Assembly (NCBI RefSeq): GCF_006345805.1 | Contig: NC_043003.1 | Location: forward strand, 51,832,001-51,896,000 | Origin: Octopus sinensis | Taxonomy: Eukaryota | DNA length: 64,000 bases | Direction of reading: 5' to 3' | Shown: positions 24,000 through 38,481 of the stretch, one piece after another | Numbering within the stretch: position 1 is the first letter of the stretch | Layout of the letters: each line of letters begins with the position of its first letter | Program-made: the position numbers and the translations under genes | Notes under the pieces: generated by a model | Database searches by the model: none | Told to the model about the DNA's origin: nothing | The model's input: the letters and a program-made list of their open reading frames with translations, nothing else

Positions 24000-24460
24000 C
24001 CCCGGTCGAGACATTCGTGAACTGTATCATATTAAATATCACATCAGATCTATGAAAAATAATGTCCGGATAATTAATGGAGTTTCTGCTTGAGTACATG
24101 GCCTGGTCATCTCTAAAAAGTCAAATTCAAATGTTTCAAGAATCTTAATCTGAAGGCAATGATTTATACCGAAGTTACCAGATGTTTGGACCGTAAAAAA
24201 AAGATCTTCCAAACCTTACGCTTTACGACATTCTTTATAAGTTCATGTAGTAATTATTGATAATAATACAACATTCTTAGCTGAACTGGGTAAGTTATAT
24301 AGTTCTATGTTCAAGGACTCTGTATACTTTCAGAAGCAAAGTGTTATGCTTCCTTACATCATATTCTATGCGCAAGTGCAACCGGAAATTGCCGGAACAA
24401 TACCATAGTGGCACACACAATTCTTGTCTATCTGATAGTACCATAAACAAAGACTTTTTT
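24000..24460 (-). mobile_element. Very degenerate pogo-like transposase remnant
   Basis: Scattered motifs only (IDKNCVCH, LNIELYNLP, IINNYYMNL). Confidence 0.3.
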
Positions 24461-24740
24461 TGCGATAAACATTGAGCTTAAAGCCATGTAACAAAAAATT
24501 AATACATCTTTAACTTAGTACACATATATAGGGAATAGCTACTCTTTAAACATGTTTTATAAACAAGAATTTTATCATTTTCATTAAAGTGTCTCACATT
24601 TTGTACAAGTTTCTTGCAGTTTGTTTAAAACAAAAGAATCTTAATGAAAAAGATAAATAATAGTAAATTGATGTGTTTTTAATACTACACGTATATACAC
24701 ATAAATGCATACATATGCACACACATACAGGCACACACAT

Positions 24741-24818
<78 letters not shown>

Positions 24819-25425
24819 CGTACGTATGTATAGTATAGATAGAGCCGGTGGTGGTTCGGACTTGTTGCTGAAAAGATTTGGTTTTAAATTTCTACATTTA
24901 AAAAAGAAAATGGCGACTGTGATCATAAATTTCTCTCACCATCACTTATTCACATAACTATACACATATGCAAGCACGCACACACACACACACACACATT
25001 CACATATACGCGCGTGCATGCTAAAACAACAGACAGATCCTATTTCGCATTCAAACAAACCAACAAGACAAAGAAAATAGAGTTAAAAGAAAGTATTTAA
25101 GAACAAAAAAGTGACAGAAGATACAAGTAAAAAATATGAATAATAAAAAGAAAATTCCCCAAATCTAGAAAGCAAGATGGCTGCGTTTAGCGAGCTGAGC
25201 TAAAAACATAAACCAGTGGGGTCGTTACTGGCTATATATAGCGTCTCCTTTTGTCTCGTCGGAATAGTTTCGTATTCATTATTGCTGCACTTATCAACTG
25301 TCTTTTCAGCATCGCCTCCCGTTTGTTTTCCTCCCTATATTTGTCCCTGGGAAATGTTCAGTATCTTGTGCCGTTTTGCAGTCTGCGGTGGACTTTCTCC
25401 TTGATTCACTCTGTTTTTGTCTGTT

Positions 25426-25463
<38 letters not shown>

Positions 25464-25465
25464 AT

Positions 25466-25635
25466 ATTCTTTTATTCTTTTACTTGTTTCAGTCATTTGA
25501 CTGCGGCCATGCTAAAACACCGTCTTAAAAGGTTTCAGTCGAAGAAATCTACCCTAGGACTTTGTAAGCCTAGTACTTCTTCTATTGTTCTGTTTTACCG
25601 AACTGCTAGCTTACGGGTGCATAAACACAAACAAA

Positions 25636-25697
<62 letters not shown>

Positions 25698-25860
25698 CGG
25701 GAGGCTTCTTTCAGTTTCCGTCTACCAAGTCCAGTCACAAGACCTTGGTCGGCCCGAGGCTTTAGCAGAAGACACATACCTAAAGTGCCACGCAGTGGGA
25801 CTGAACCCGGAACCATATGGTTGGGAAGCAAGCTTCTTACCACGCAACCATGCCTGCGCC
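25466..25860 (-). mobile_element. SINE family A full copy
   Basis: Both halves with an internal (CA)n(TA)n tract. Confidence 0.9.
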
Positions 25861-26521
25861 TATATATACATACATACATACATACATACATACATACATA
25901 CATACATACATACATGCATACATACATACATATATATATATATAGGGAAAGTTTACGAAAAAAACAAAAGACGAAGACAGGTGGTGTACAAAACAAGCAG
26001 ATGTATTAGTATAACGCTCACACACACACACACACGTATGCATAATGTTTAAGTATATTTGTGTGCGTGTATATGTGTGTGTGAATGTATAGATCACACA
26101 CGTTCACGGATATGTGTGTACGTGTGTGTGGTATTCTTTATGCTCTTTAACACAGAAACTCATGTGAGCGTAAAGACCTCTACGGAACTTCGTGTGTGTA
26201 TCTGTGTCTGAGTCGTATTTTATGTGAGCATACAAAAACATGTACACTGGCACATAACACACTGGAGTACAGAGGCAATTTGCATTTTTGAATACGTACA
26301 CACACACACACATACACACGAACGAACGCACGCACACACTCACACATATCCATATATGCGGCAACCTGACAGAAATGTCAGATCGACGGACGAAATGACT
26401 TGCAGTTGTCAAACAATCTGAAACTTTGACAATTTTTTCTTTCTTTTCTTGCAAGCGTAAAATTAAATGCGTGACAATGTGTTGTTTTTATGTTGTTACA
26501 CTGTTTATGTTACGTTACAGT

Positions 26522-26581
<60 letters not shown>

Positions 26582-26586
26582 ATATA

Positions 26587-28747
26587 CTAGCTAAATGACC
26601 CGGCATTACCCGGTTACTGCTGTTCTTATCCAGATTAGTAAACAATAAATATGAAGATATATTTTTTTCTCCTAATTATTTTCAAAATATCTATATTTTA
26701 TTTTAAAATATCCAAATTGTAATGATAATAGAATTTATAACAGTACTCATTGTGTAATTATTTGTTGGTGTCGAAATGAATAAATTGTTGCTGCTTCGAA
26801 GTCGCGAGCAACCAACATAGAATTGACCGTGGGAGAAGCATGTAGTTCAGAGATGAAATCCAATTACCTTGAGGGATTGACCCTGAGATTTGTTAATTGA
26901 AATACCAAAACTTAGTTTGACTGGAAACTGAAGCGTCATAAATTCAAATGGAACATCTCTAGGTATGAGAGGAAGTTTTGGAATAAAGACATTTTCTCTT
27001 TTGGAACTACCTGCTATGATTGTTGCCTGTAGGACATGGGGCTTCATGGAAGTAACAATTAAGCGAGTTTCATTACACAGGTGAAGTGGGTCAAGATTCC
27101 TAAGCAACATAATGGGAGCACTAAGTTTTAGTGTCAAGTTATGCGGTGGCATCTCAGTAGTTTTAAGTGTGTTCAGAAATTCAATAGGGTATTGAAAAAC
27201 CTGACCGTGATCGACTGTTGTCAGTTGATCGAAAAGTCATTTCTGATGTATCTGTTAACTTTTGAAGAAGTTCATGATTGAGTTTATTAACCAGTTCATT
27301 AGTTGGAGCCAGTATAACTCTTTCACACAGCTAATTTACATCAGTGTAATTGACAGATAAATACTTTATCCATAAGATCCCTAAAAGAAAGTATCATTTG
27401 ATCGCATGTAGTTTCATGTAACTGAAGTCTTGAGTTGAATGTTAATAATCCCATTATCATTCTTAAGAAGCTCGTATGATCACTCTGTAAAAGTATTCTA
27501 ATGTTGGCCTGTAAGATGAAGTTTTTTCCCATGTCTCCAAAGGTACGATTTTTGTAAGCATGCATTGACCTCATCATCTTTTGATCCTTTGGGGATAACT
27601 GGCGACGTTTGACGAATTTCTCTCGCAAGAAAGACTGTTACTCCTCCCATGAGCGTGATATTGTTTTTTATGTGTTGGAGGGTGCGTTCAAGTACGTCTA
27701 GAGCTCCACGATGTGTCATAGTGCACTCACCCCAAACAATGACGCAAGTTTGTTGAAGAACTGCTGCCATTGCAGAGTTTTGGGAAATGTTGTACATTTG
27801 AGATTCTTTCACTGCAAGCTTTAGAAGGAGCTTGAACATGGAATGAACAGTTCTTACCCCATTGAAGAGGATAGCTGCAATACCAGAAGATGCAACACTG
27901 GAAGAATTTATTTCCTTCCATTTAGGATTGCAGGTGAAAATGACAAAAAGATCTGGTTTTCCATATGACCTGACACTTGTCATAGCATCTTGTGTTCGTT
28001 CATGCATATATCGAGGACCACCTGTGAATGATGATGGGAGGACTGTAAGTTGCTCAATGTTTTGAATATCACCATCTGTCCACAGTCCATCTTGAAGATG
28101 AACATAATTTTGAGCCCTTAACTTTTTTATTGTTACGAATGTAGAGGAGACGCCCACTCTCAACTTTAACTTGCATAGCAACCTGGTATTGCTGAAATAA
28201 ATCACAATGTGTAATTGATTTGATTGTTCTAGTCTTAACATCTGTTGGTAAGAATGGAAGTCATTTGACAACACCATTTTGATTGTAATTGGCTCTCGTG
28301 TTGCAGATTCAATTTGTGGAATATTGAAATGATAAGCATCTTGTCCATTCTACAAAATAAGAGGATACTGGAGGGCATCATAAGAGGGATGAATCTCTGA
28401 AACACATTTAAGGTTGTTATCTCGAGCACGAAGAGCGAGTTTACTCTAGACGTAATGAACACGGAAACACATACTCACAGACAAATACACACTCATATAC
28501 ATACGTACATGTATGTGTAGATGTGTATGTTTAGTTGTCTGAGGCTTAACGTCTAAAAAGTATCGCACATACAGTAGCACACACAGATAGTCTGACATAC
28601 ACTCACAAACATATTTCTCAGTCATCGGTCTAAAGTATGTAACGAACGCGCAAACACACACACTCATAGACACATACACACTCATATAGAAAATGTGACG
28701 TGGTGGTGGTATAAAATGTCGTTTACGATAGTTGACTTATAGAAAGA
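26587..28747 (-). mobile_element. Internally deleted Helitron
   Basis: Rep motif LPSSFTGGPRYMHERTQDAM..V..YGKPDLFV.FTCNPKW is fused to the Pif1 helicase (VASSGIAA..; PIMLLRNL; QFPVKLSF.ISINKSQGQSL). The 3' end has a hairpin plus CTAG|T at 26587. A putative 5' A|TC lies at 28747 and is less certain. Confidence 0.85.
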
Positions 28748-30293
28748 TTATAATATTAAATTTTTGTAATTCAATATGTAAATGAAAATAAAGTTTATTT
28801 GGTGGCCGAAAGGTTACTGAATCTTTTGACACTCCATACGTCAAAATCGGCAACTCACTTTTGGAATGCATAGGGAACACATGCATACACACATATACAC
28901 ACAGCAGTCTAAGACAACGGCAGTAATTTTATTCAGCTGAATACACGTCATTGATTGGTTGAAATTACCTAAATACGACAACTTTAACAAAAAATGACAT
29001 CCAAAATACAGAATTTTCTCAACAACGCCAAGAGTAAAAATGTTTTATGTGACACATTCTACAAGTATACGAAGTTTGAAAGTGTTTAGTTACAAAAAAA
29101 TTATTTTTTTAATTTGTCGGTCTAAAAGTAAAGATCCTTGACCTTTCCTGTTTTGTGCAAATATTGAGCAACTATTGAATGCTCAACGCTCATTTCTTCT
29201 GTAACATCTTAAATTAGTTTGTGTGGATCCTCTTCAATTGGTCGCTGTCAGTCATAGACAGTCAACTACAGCCTTTCACATTCTCAATACTCTTGTCTCT
29301 GCGAAATTTTGGAACTAATGTTAAGTCGTACAGTCGTTAACAGTACTCTAGCCAAATGATTGATTGATATTGCATGAGCTTCCTACTGCTTTGTGTTCCA
29401 TTTTGGTCTCATACCAGGATTTTGTTTTATCTGTATCTCTAACTACTTGAAAGCTTCAATAAATAAGCATAAATAGTGATAGGGAAACTATCAGCATAAA
29501 TCAGTAGATTGTGCTTGAAAATGAACATAGTTAAATAAGAGAGCCGGTTTGTAATTCACAAATAAGGGTTCTTCATAAGAATTAGACAACATAAATAGGT
29601 AGTCATGTATGTATGTATGTATGCCGGCATATCATTGCTTGTGTGGATCGCTGTATTATTATTTATGAATCTGTATATGTGTGCACGTGCTTGCAAGTGT
29701 GTGCGGTAGAGGTACCGATGATATGATTTGTCATTCTGAGACAGATACTAAAGAATTATCAAGAACAAATATCGCTTCTCTGTATTATCTTCATCAACTG
29801 TAAACCGTGTTGTAAACTGTGCTGCTGAAAATAGGTGCATCTGCAATACTCATTAGCCTAATTGCAGTACTACATGACGGTGCACTTGTTCCATCCTAAT
29901 GAAGCAGATGGTTACTGATAATTTTCAAACGAACACTAGATTGAAAAAGAGGTGTGTCTGTGTTGTGTGTGTGGTGGTGGGGGTGGGTCTTCATACCAAC
30001 TCCTTTTTGTGTTTTGTACTTCAATGCCATGCTTGTAAACGTTTTCAGGAACACCTAGAATGACAGCAATTTCATAATGCTGCACTGACGGCAAGCTTCT
30101 TAAATTTAGAAAACTGAAACCCTAGAACAAATCCAACACGAGCATAGATCAGGAATTACTTTGCACTTACGATTGTACCATTGTTATCCCTTTGGAGGGA
30201 AACATATGTGACCTGTATGTATCTTGTAGCTCCAATTATAAGGAGTCAGTGTATTTTGACCATCGGGCTTGCAAGCACCTCATCCATGGTCCA

Positions 30294-30425
30294 TCAGTGA
30301 GTTTCCTCTCCTGTATTTCATTACCTACATTGACCTCAAGGAGACAGCTGACTTTCACAATAGAGCAGTGTTTATTATTTATTTTGCGGTCATAAACAAC
30401 ATTATAAAATCAGTTGTTTTAATTC
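30294..30425. repeat. Unclassified ~135-bp interspersed repeat; second copy at 40821-40950
   Basis: Both loci share 'ctcctgtattt.a.tac.tacattgacctcaagg..acagctgactttca.aatagagca...ggtcataaaca.cattataaaatc'. Confidence 0.75.
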
Positions 30426-31182
30426 AGAAGCTGTTTATATTTTTACGCTTCCCTGATATTCTTTTGGTCTATCGGTTTCACTAATTTTATACTTATTTGT
30501 TATCATTTATTTTTACTCTGTTCGAGATTGTTTCTGGCTGCAACGCCGCGTCCAACGAGAGGGTAATTTCCAGGGGACATTCTCTCACAATTACCAGTGA
30601 TTAGACTTATTTGGGTTTTGCGAAGCCTACATTCTTGTCAGTTGATGATTTGTGTCTTTCTTTGTAGAAGGTACAAAGTGTGGAAGATATGTGGGTGGGG
30701 GTTATTGCACCTGAAATGCATGGAGGTAACTGTCATGGTGAGATGTTATGAAAGTATCAGTACTTCATACTAGTCTTGTTTATTCCCTCTATAATCTATA
30801 TTTTCCGTATTATTTTGGTATAGTTTGTGATTTTTTTGTAGTGTTAAGTAGGATTTTCCAGTGTTTTTTTTTTTTTGAGAGAGAGAGAGAGAGACTGTGT
30901 CAGTTTTATTTCATATTTCCCCTCAAGTCCATTAGTTATACTAATGATGTTTTTGTTTGCCTGCTTACAGATTTGAGTAGTGTAGTTGCAGAGATTTTTC
31001 TCTGTTGGAAATATTTCTTCAGTGTTACAATCTAGAACTTATGACTATGTACATATGCCTGTATGTTTTCCTAGTTTTATTTTTCAAATTTCTCACCAGT
31101 GAAAAACAACCGGTTTCTAGCTTAGAAACAAGGTTCTTTCGCTGGAATTTAAACAGTATTAACAGAGTAATGCACCAAATTA

Positions 31183-31252
<70 letters not shown>

Positions 31253-31287
31253 GTGCACACACAAACATGGATGCATTGTGTATACAA

Positions 31288-31828
31288 TCAGAAATTTATT
31301 CTTTTGCAATCCAAGTGCAGAGTAGAATTTAAAAAACATACATGTTGAAAAAAAAAAAAAATTCCGAAGCACTTGAACCCCCAACAGTAGTAATATCTTC
31401 CATTGATATGTGACATTTTGGTCACATGTAATCAGCAGCTGCTTGCAAATGTCACCTTCCGATGTGACATGGCGTTGTTGCTAAAACGATATACAATGCC
31501 ATTTGTAGGAAAATAATACTCTAGGACAAAATATATAAAATATTTCTGATGTTCAGTACGTTGCAGTATAAAAAATGTTGGGAAACATTTCCATCAAAAT
31601 TTCCGGCAATTGCAAACACAACAGGCTAAACCTCTTCAATGTTTTACATATTTTCACGGTGCTTTGATAGCTTGTATCTGTAATCTCTAGATTGGTTTTG
31701 TGCAACCGAGTTACTCTAGAAGGGCACTGAAAGAGTTACTGATCGATCTGAGTGCTTTAATAACTGTAGGTGGATATCTAAAGTTATGGTCATGGATGGA
31801 GTAGCTGGAAATTTTTCACCAGTAGATG

Positions 31829-31866
<38 letters not shown>

Positions 31867-32132
31867 GAAGGTTTGCAAATGCAAAGGTCTTTTAGAGATG
31901 TTTATTGACTTGAACGGTTTCACTTTTTTAGAAAAAGATTATCTAAAGTAAAATGTAAAGCTTTGTATAAGCTTTGTTGAGTTGAAAAATGGTTATCACA
32001 AAAGTATTAAAATACAGTCTTTGATAATGATAAGAAACTGTTAAAACAGTTTACATGAAAGTGTTCAAGAAAGGGAATACAATCAATATTTTGAGTTCAA
32101 TAAAATGTGTGGTAGTAATATATATATATATA

Positions 32133-32169
<37 letters not shown>

Positions 32170-32785
32170 GGAGATATATTTAAGAATTTACAAAAAATTG
32201 GAGAGGAATACCTGACCTGTCTGTCAGACAGACAGGTCAGTTATTCCTCTCCAATTTTTTGCAAATGACTATTACCTATTTCAGTTACCGAAAAACTATA
32301 AATATTCGTGATGCACCAATATTCATGGTGGAGAAGATGCGGCTTTCGATCAGATGTCTATAGGTGTTCTTATTGATTTAAAAAGAAATAGATCTTTTGC
32401 GTTGCTGACCTTTCACAACAGTTTATGCATTTTCCTCTTCTTCTAACCCTAAAAACTATATCAAGCCTGTTTTGTTTGCATTTGTCGGAAGTTTTAGATG
32501 GGAATGTACTGAACATCAGAAATATCTTATATATTTGTCCCAGAGTATTATTTTCCTACAAATAGCATTGTATATTGTTTTAGCGACAACGTCATGCTAC
32601 TTCGGAAGGTAGTACCTTGGTGACATTTGCAAGCAGCTGTTGATCACATGTAACCAAAATGTCACATATCAATGGAAGATATTACTTATGTTAGGGGTTC
32701 AAGCGCTTCACTGTGATTTTTGTTCAACAGGTATATTTTTTTAAAATTCTATTCTACACTTAGATTGCAAAAGTATAATTTCTGA
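31288..32785. mobile_element. Non-autonomous long-TIR (foldback-like) element
   Basis: Inverted arms of about 275 bp at 31288-31562 and 32503-32785 with scattered mismatches. No clear TSD. Confidence 0.6.
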
Positions 32786-33244
32786 ATGTGAAGTGATACG
32801 CTGGCTACGAAATGAAGAAACGTTACATATCTCGTCGGTCTTGGCATGACTGAAATTTACTGGAAACACACTCATGCATAAATCCTTGAGAGTTTCTCCT
32901 CCAAGTCGTTGCTGAGTTTGGTTCATTAGGCGGTTCTGTGGTGACATGGAACATTTTCAAGAATTAAATTATTCTTTACGAGTTTGCTCGTGACCCGTAA
33001 GATGAAGATATTTTTACTATCGAGCATTTTGTTGATGTTTTGGCTATTGCTGTTTAACAAATAGTGCCTGAATAATACCATTCGACACTCAACGACTCTC
33101 TAGACTTTCATCGTTTCCTCGTTTTTTGTTCTTAAGTAGAACATATCGATGTCTCTATTCCTTCGGAAATTTCCAGTTTATGCTAGGATCTTACGGGTTT
33201 TTACATGAATGGAGCGAAATTTCTCTGTAGTCAAGAATTCGAGG

Positions 33245-33385
<141 letters not shown>

Positions 33386-33539
33386 AAAACAGTGAAAGTG
33401 AGTAGAAATTGACTATCAATGAAATAGAAAATGAAACTGAGAAAACATTCAATTGAAAAAACAGAAAACGGAAAATTGCTATAAAATATTGTACATATCG
33501 TCTATATGTATAACAATATATCTATGTACATCTTTCATA

Positions 33540-33705
33540 TTGTACTTGTTTCAGTCATTAGACAGCGGCTATGTTGGGACACTGCATTGAAGAATTTTTA
33601 GTCGAATAAATCGATCCCAATACTTATTCTATTTTTCATTTTGCCGAACCGCTAGGTAATAGGGACGTAAACACACCAACATCGTTTGTAAAGGGACACA
33701 CACAC
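33540..33705 (-). mobile_element. SINE family A 3' half, degenerate
   Basis: 'tacttgtttcagtcattagac...gccgaaccgctagg...gggacgtaaacacacc'. Confidence 0.75.
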
Positions 33706-34217
33706 ACATTTATATACATATTAGGGAGTAAATCCAAACTTACAGGGAAAAATTAGATTTAGGATTAAATCTAATTTTACAGTATAAATATATATATATA
33801 TATTAAATTAGAGATAAAACCACTACTAGGCAAATCAAACAGTGAAAAACATAAACCAAAAACATAGAAATAAAATTAATTAATATAATATACAAAATAT
33901 ATAAAATATAATATTCAAAATTTAAATTATTTAAATTAAAAGTTAAAAATAAAAAAAAAAATTTAATTATTAATTTATACTTATAAATTTTTATATACAT
34001 ATATATTTTATTATTTTTTATTATTTATATTTTTATTTTTATTTTTATTTTTTATTTATTTATTTAATTATATTTATTAATTTATTTATTTTTTATATTA
34101 AATATATATAACTATCAAAAAGTATTAACAAGTTTAATATAAGATAAAATTAATAAATATAATTAAATAAATAAATAAAAATATAAATAAAAATAATATA
34201 TATATATATAATATATA

Positions 34218-34275
<58 letters not shown>

Positions 34276-34864
34276 TATACATTTATAAGTATAAATTAAT
34301 AATTCAAATTTTTAAAAATTTTCAACTTTTAATTTAAATAATTTAAATTTTGAATATTATATTTTATATATTTTGTATATTATATTAATTAATTTCATTT
34401 CTATGTTTTTGTTTTATGTTTTTCACTGTTTGATTTACATGCGCCAAAAAGTATACCCTCATTCACCCTCACTTGAAACGTACACATTCTCACCCGCACC
34501 ATTCGCCATATATATATATATATATATATACAATTCCACACACACACACGCGTACCAAAAAAGTTCATACACACGTCTATATATGCACAAGCACACGAAA
34601 ATATAGACGTGTGTATGAACTTTTTTGGTGCGCGTGAGTGTGTGTGAATTGTATTTCCACCTCGGCATCCGAAACTCGGAGTTTTATCATGGCTACCGAA
34701 TAATTATCACATATTACTTTTACAGATAAATTCCTCTATTTACATAATATCGAGGACTGTTCATTGTTTTACCATTTTTATCAATATATATATATATATA
34801 CAAAACTCTACTTTGAAACTTCCACCATAGCTGTGAGAAATTTGCATAATGAGAAAGCACCAAT

Positions 34865-35360
<496 letters not shown>

Positions 35361-35921
35361 CTACAAGAAATAATTGTTGAAAACTTATGCGAGATATTGG
35401 TGTGCTACAGAAAATCATTGATATACATGTTTAAAAGATCTATGGCTGGCCAAATTCACAAACGGAATTGGCTAGCCATAGCTCGGACAAACTTATAGCG
35501 AAGAAGGAAAATACTGACTTGACAAAAAGACTATAAACATATTGTTCGCATAAATAGTATGTATATATTATTTTAAGCAAACGATTTAAATAAGGCTCAT
35601 ATACAGACGTTCCCCTAGGAAACATGATTCGTTTATAGTATTGCTATAACAAGAAATTCACTCAGTCCAAGGCTTGTGAAAAGCAGGGTACATTTTCACT
35701 GCGTCATCATTCTCATTTTCAGTTCTTTCTTTGAGACATAAGTTACCACTGGGTAGCAACTCTCTTTCGTCTTCTGTCTCTACAACTGTATATTCAGCTT
35801 CCTGTAATAAATCTAAAGTAACATCTTAAACATTCACTTTTTTGCATCAACGAATTTAAATATAAATTTATAATCAAGATAAAACAGTTTGAAGTTTTAC
35901 ATCAAGTAACCATAAAAATAG

Positions 35922-36200
<279 letters not shown>

Positions 36201-37411
36201 CACGTGCATGTATGGGCATGTACATATACATGTTTGTGTGAGTGTGTACGTATATAGACGTTATGAACGCAGGAGGTTTTTATGTCTGTGTATTGTGAGA
36301 ATATGGTTGCTTGTATTTTCTATCTTTTATACTTTTTCCTACCCATTACAGTAACTTCCTTTTTATTCAACGGCTTTTTACAGCGTTTATTGTCATAATA
36401 ACTGATGAGAATGCATCGTAGCTCTTACCTCCGGCATGACAACTTACTGATTTCCTATACATACATACATACATACATACATACATACATACATACATAC
36501 ATACATACATACACACATACATACATACATATATGATGCTGATATAGTATTCTTTCTTGATTATATTTATCCATGATAAATCGTGATTGAAACCTTTCAT
36601 TTCACTCCAAATCTTAGACCAACACAATGTATAATATGCCTAAAAAGGGTTCTTTTTACGCTGATATTGTCGTTCTTCATCCTCTGACACGCATCTAGCA
36701 AATTAGAAGCAGTCTTTTGGGTAATGTTTGTTCGTTGAAGTATTCTTTTTTTATTTATTTGTTTTTTCTTTCACCCAGTATCTTGAGTTCATGTTTTAAA
36801 ATAATTTCCCTTAAGACTTTTGGTGTAGAATCTTATTTGAGTCAGTTTTTATAAGGTAGTTGGTGTGCTGTGAGATTATTCGCTTTACACTTTAACTGTT
36901 AGCTACATTCCTGATTTCGTGGTTGATGCTTTCTTGTTTCATTTTCTGCTCAGGCTGCTTATGTAGAGAGTTAAGTACTTACCACATGCACTGCAGATAT
37001 CTACTACGTTGTTTCTCCAGATGATAGTTATATACAGATAGATGTTGAATCTACAGTATTTGTTATCACACGCTAGTACACGACCCATTGTTTTATGCAC
37101 TGAATAAGCAGTGACGCAGCTAGAATGTGTGCTGCCTGTGGCAGCCCTTGTATTTGCACCTTCCTGCCCTTCAAGTCCCCAAGTTTATACAGCAGACCTA
37201 AAAATGCCACTCCCATGAAAGCGTCGCCCGGGGTGGACTATCTACCCTTACCCCTCTCTCAGCTATACGTAAGTCACATTTTACTTGTATGAAATTTAGG
37301 TATATATTGAATAAATAAATAAAGGTAAGACAATACTTAAATAAAAGAAATATATAATAGAGCAAAATATTTATTAGTTTTTATCGCTTTTTTTTTTATA
37401 TTTCTCTAGAC

Positions 37412-37914
37412 CAGAGGTTTTCAACCGGGGTCCATATGGCCCTTGGAAGATCCATCTGAGATTTTGTTTTTAAAAATATATGTGTGATAACAAATACTGG
37501 AGATTCAACATCTATCTGTATATAACTATCATCTGGAGAAACACGTAGTAGATATCTGCAGAGCATGTGGTAAGTACTTAACTCTCTACTTAAGCAGAGC
37601 CTAAGCAGAAAATGAAACAAGAAAGCATCAACCACGAAATCGGGAATGTAGCTAACAGTTAAAGTGTAAAGCGAATCATCTCACAGCACAGTATTCTTTT
37701 CTTTCTTTCTTTTATTCTTTTACTTGTTTCAGTCATTTGACTGCGGCCATGCTGGAGTACCGCCTTTAGTTGAATCAATTCGATCCCAGGACTAATTCTT
37801 TGTAAGCCTAGTACTTATTCTATCGGGCTCTTTTGCTGAACCGCTAAGTTACGGGGACGTAAACATACCAGCATCGGTTGTCATGCGATGTTGGGAGAAC
37901 AAACACAGATACAC

Positions 37915-37966
<52 letters not shown>

Positions 37967-38280
37967 ATATATCTATATATATATATATATATATATATAC
38001 GACGGGCTTCTTACAGTTTCCGTCTACCAAATCCACTCAGAAGGCTTTGGTCGACCCGAGGCAGACCAAAGTAGAAGACACTTGCCCAAAGTGCCACGCA
38101 GTGGGACTGAACCCGGAACCATGTGGTTCGTAAGCAAGCTACTTACCCCACAGCCACTCCTTCCTAATAATATTTAATTATGAAAATATAATTTTTTTAA
38201 CCATCGAATGGCTATGAGGGTCCATCCGAGTAAAACATGAGGTAAAGAGATCCATAGTTATAAATGGTTGAGAAACACTG
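37412..38280. mobile_element. hAT-Charlie-type MITE with internal insertions
   Basis: TIRs cagaggttttcaacc and ggttgagaaacactg. Perfect 8-bp TSD CTCTAGAC at 37404-37411 and 38281-38288, which fits the NTCTAGAN Charlie target. Confidence 0.9.
37700..38160 (-). mobile_element. SINE family A full copy nested in the hAT MITE
   Basis: Both halves with an internal microsatellite. Confidence 0.92.
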
Positions 38281-38481
38281 CTCTAGACGATGTTATTTAA
38301 CAGTATTTTTCAAACAGGAAGTTTTAGCAATCAAACAAAGTCTGTATATGCAAGATTTTTCGTGAATGTAACATTTTCATGCCTGCGACGTACCTTCAAT
38401 ATAGTGGGATAACTTTGACCAACGAAAAATTTTTTTCTTGTGATGAATCCCTATCTATTTTGAAAGCAACATTATCTGACT

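Noticed and set aside
28900-29160. Probable DNA-transposon MITE fragment
   Set aside because: It looks repeat-like, but no TIR pair or TSD could be identified within the window.
30172-30213. Possible 42-nt minus-strand micro-exon VTYVSLQRDNNGTI with gtaagt donor
   Set aside because: The acceptor lacks a polypyrimidine tract, it lies beside a dispersed repeat, and no partner exons were found.
32800-32960. ORF NRLMNQTQQRLGGETLKDLCMS as a host exon
   Set aside because: It looks more like a decayed hAT C-terminal dimerisation segment; too weak to call either way.
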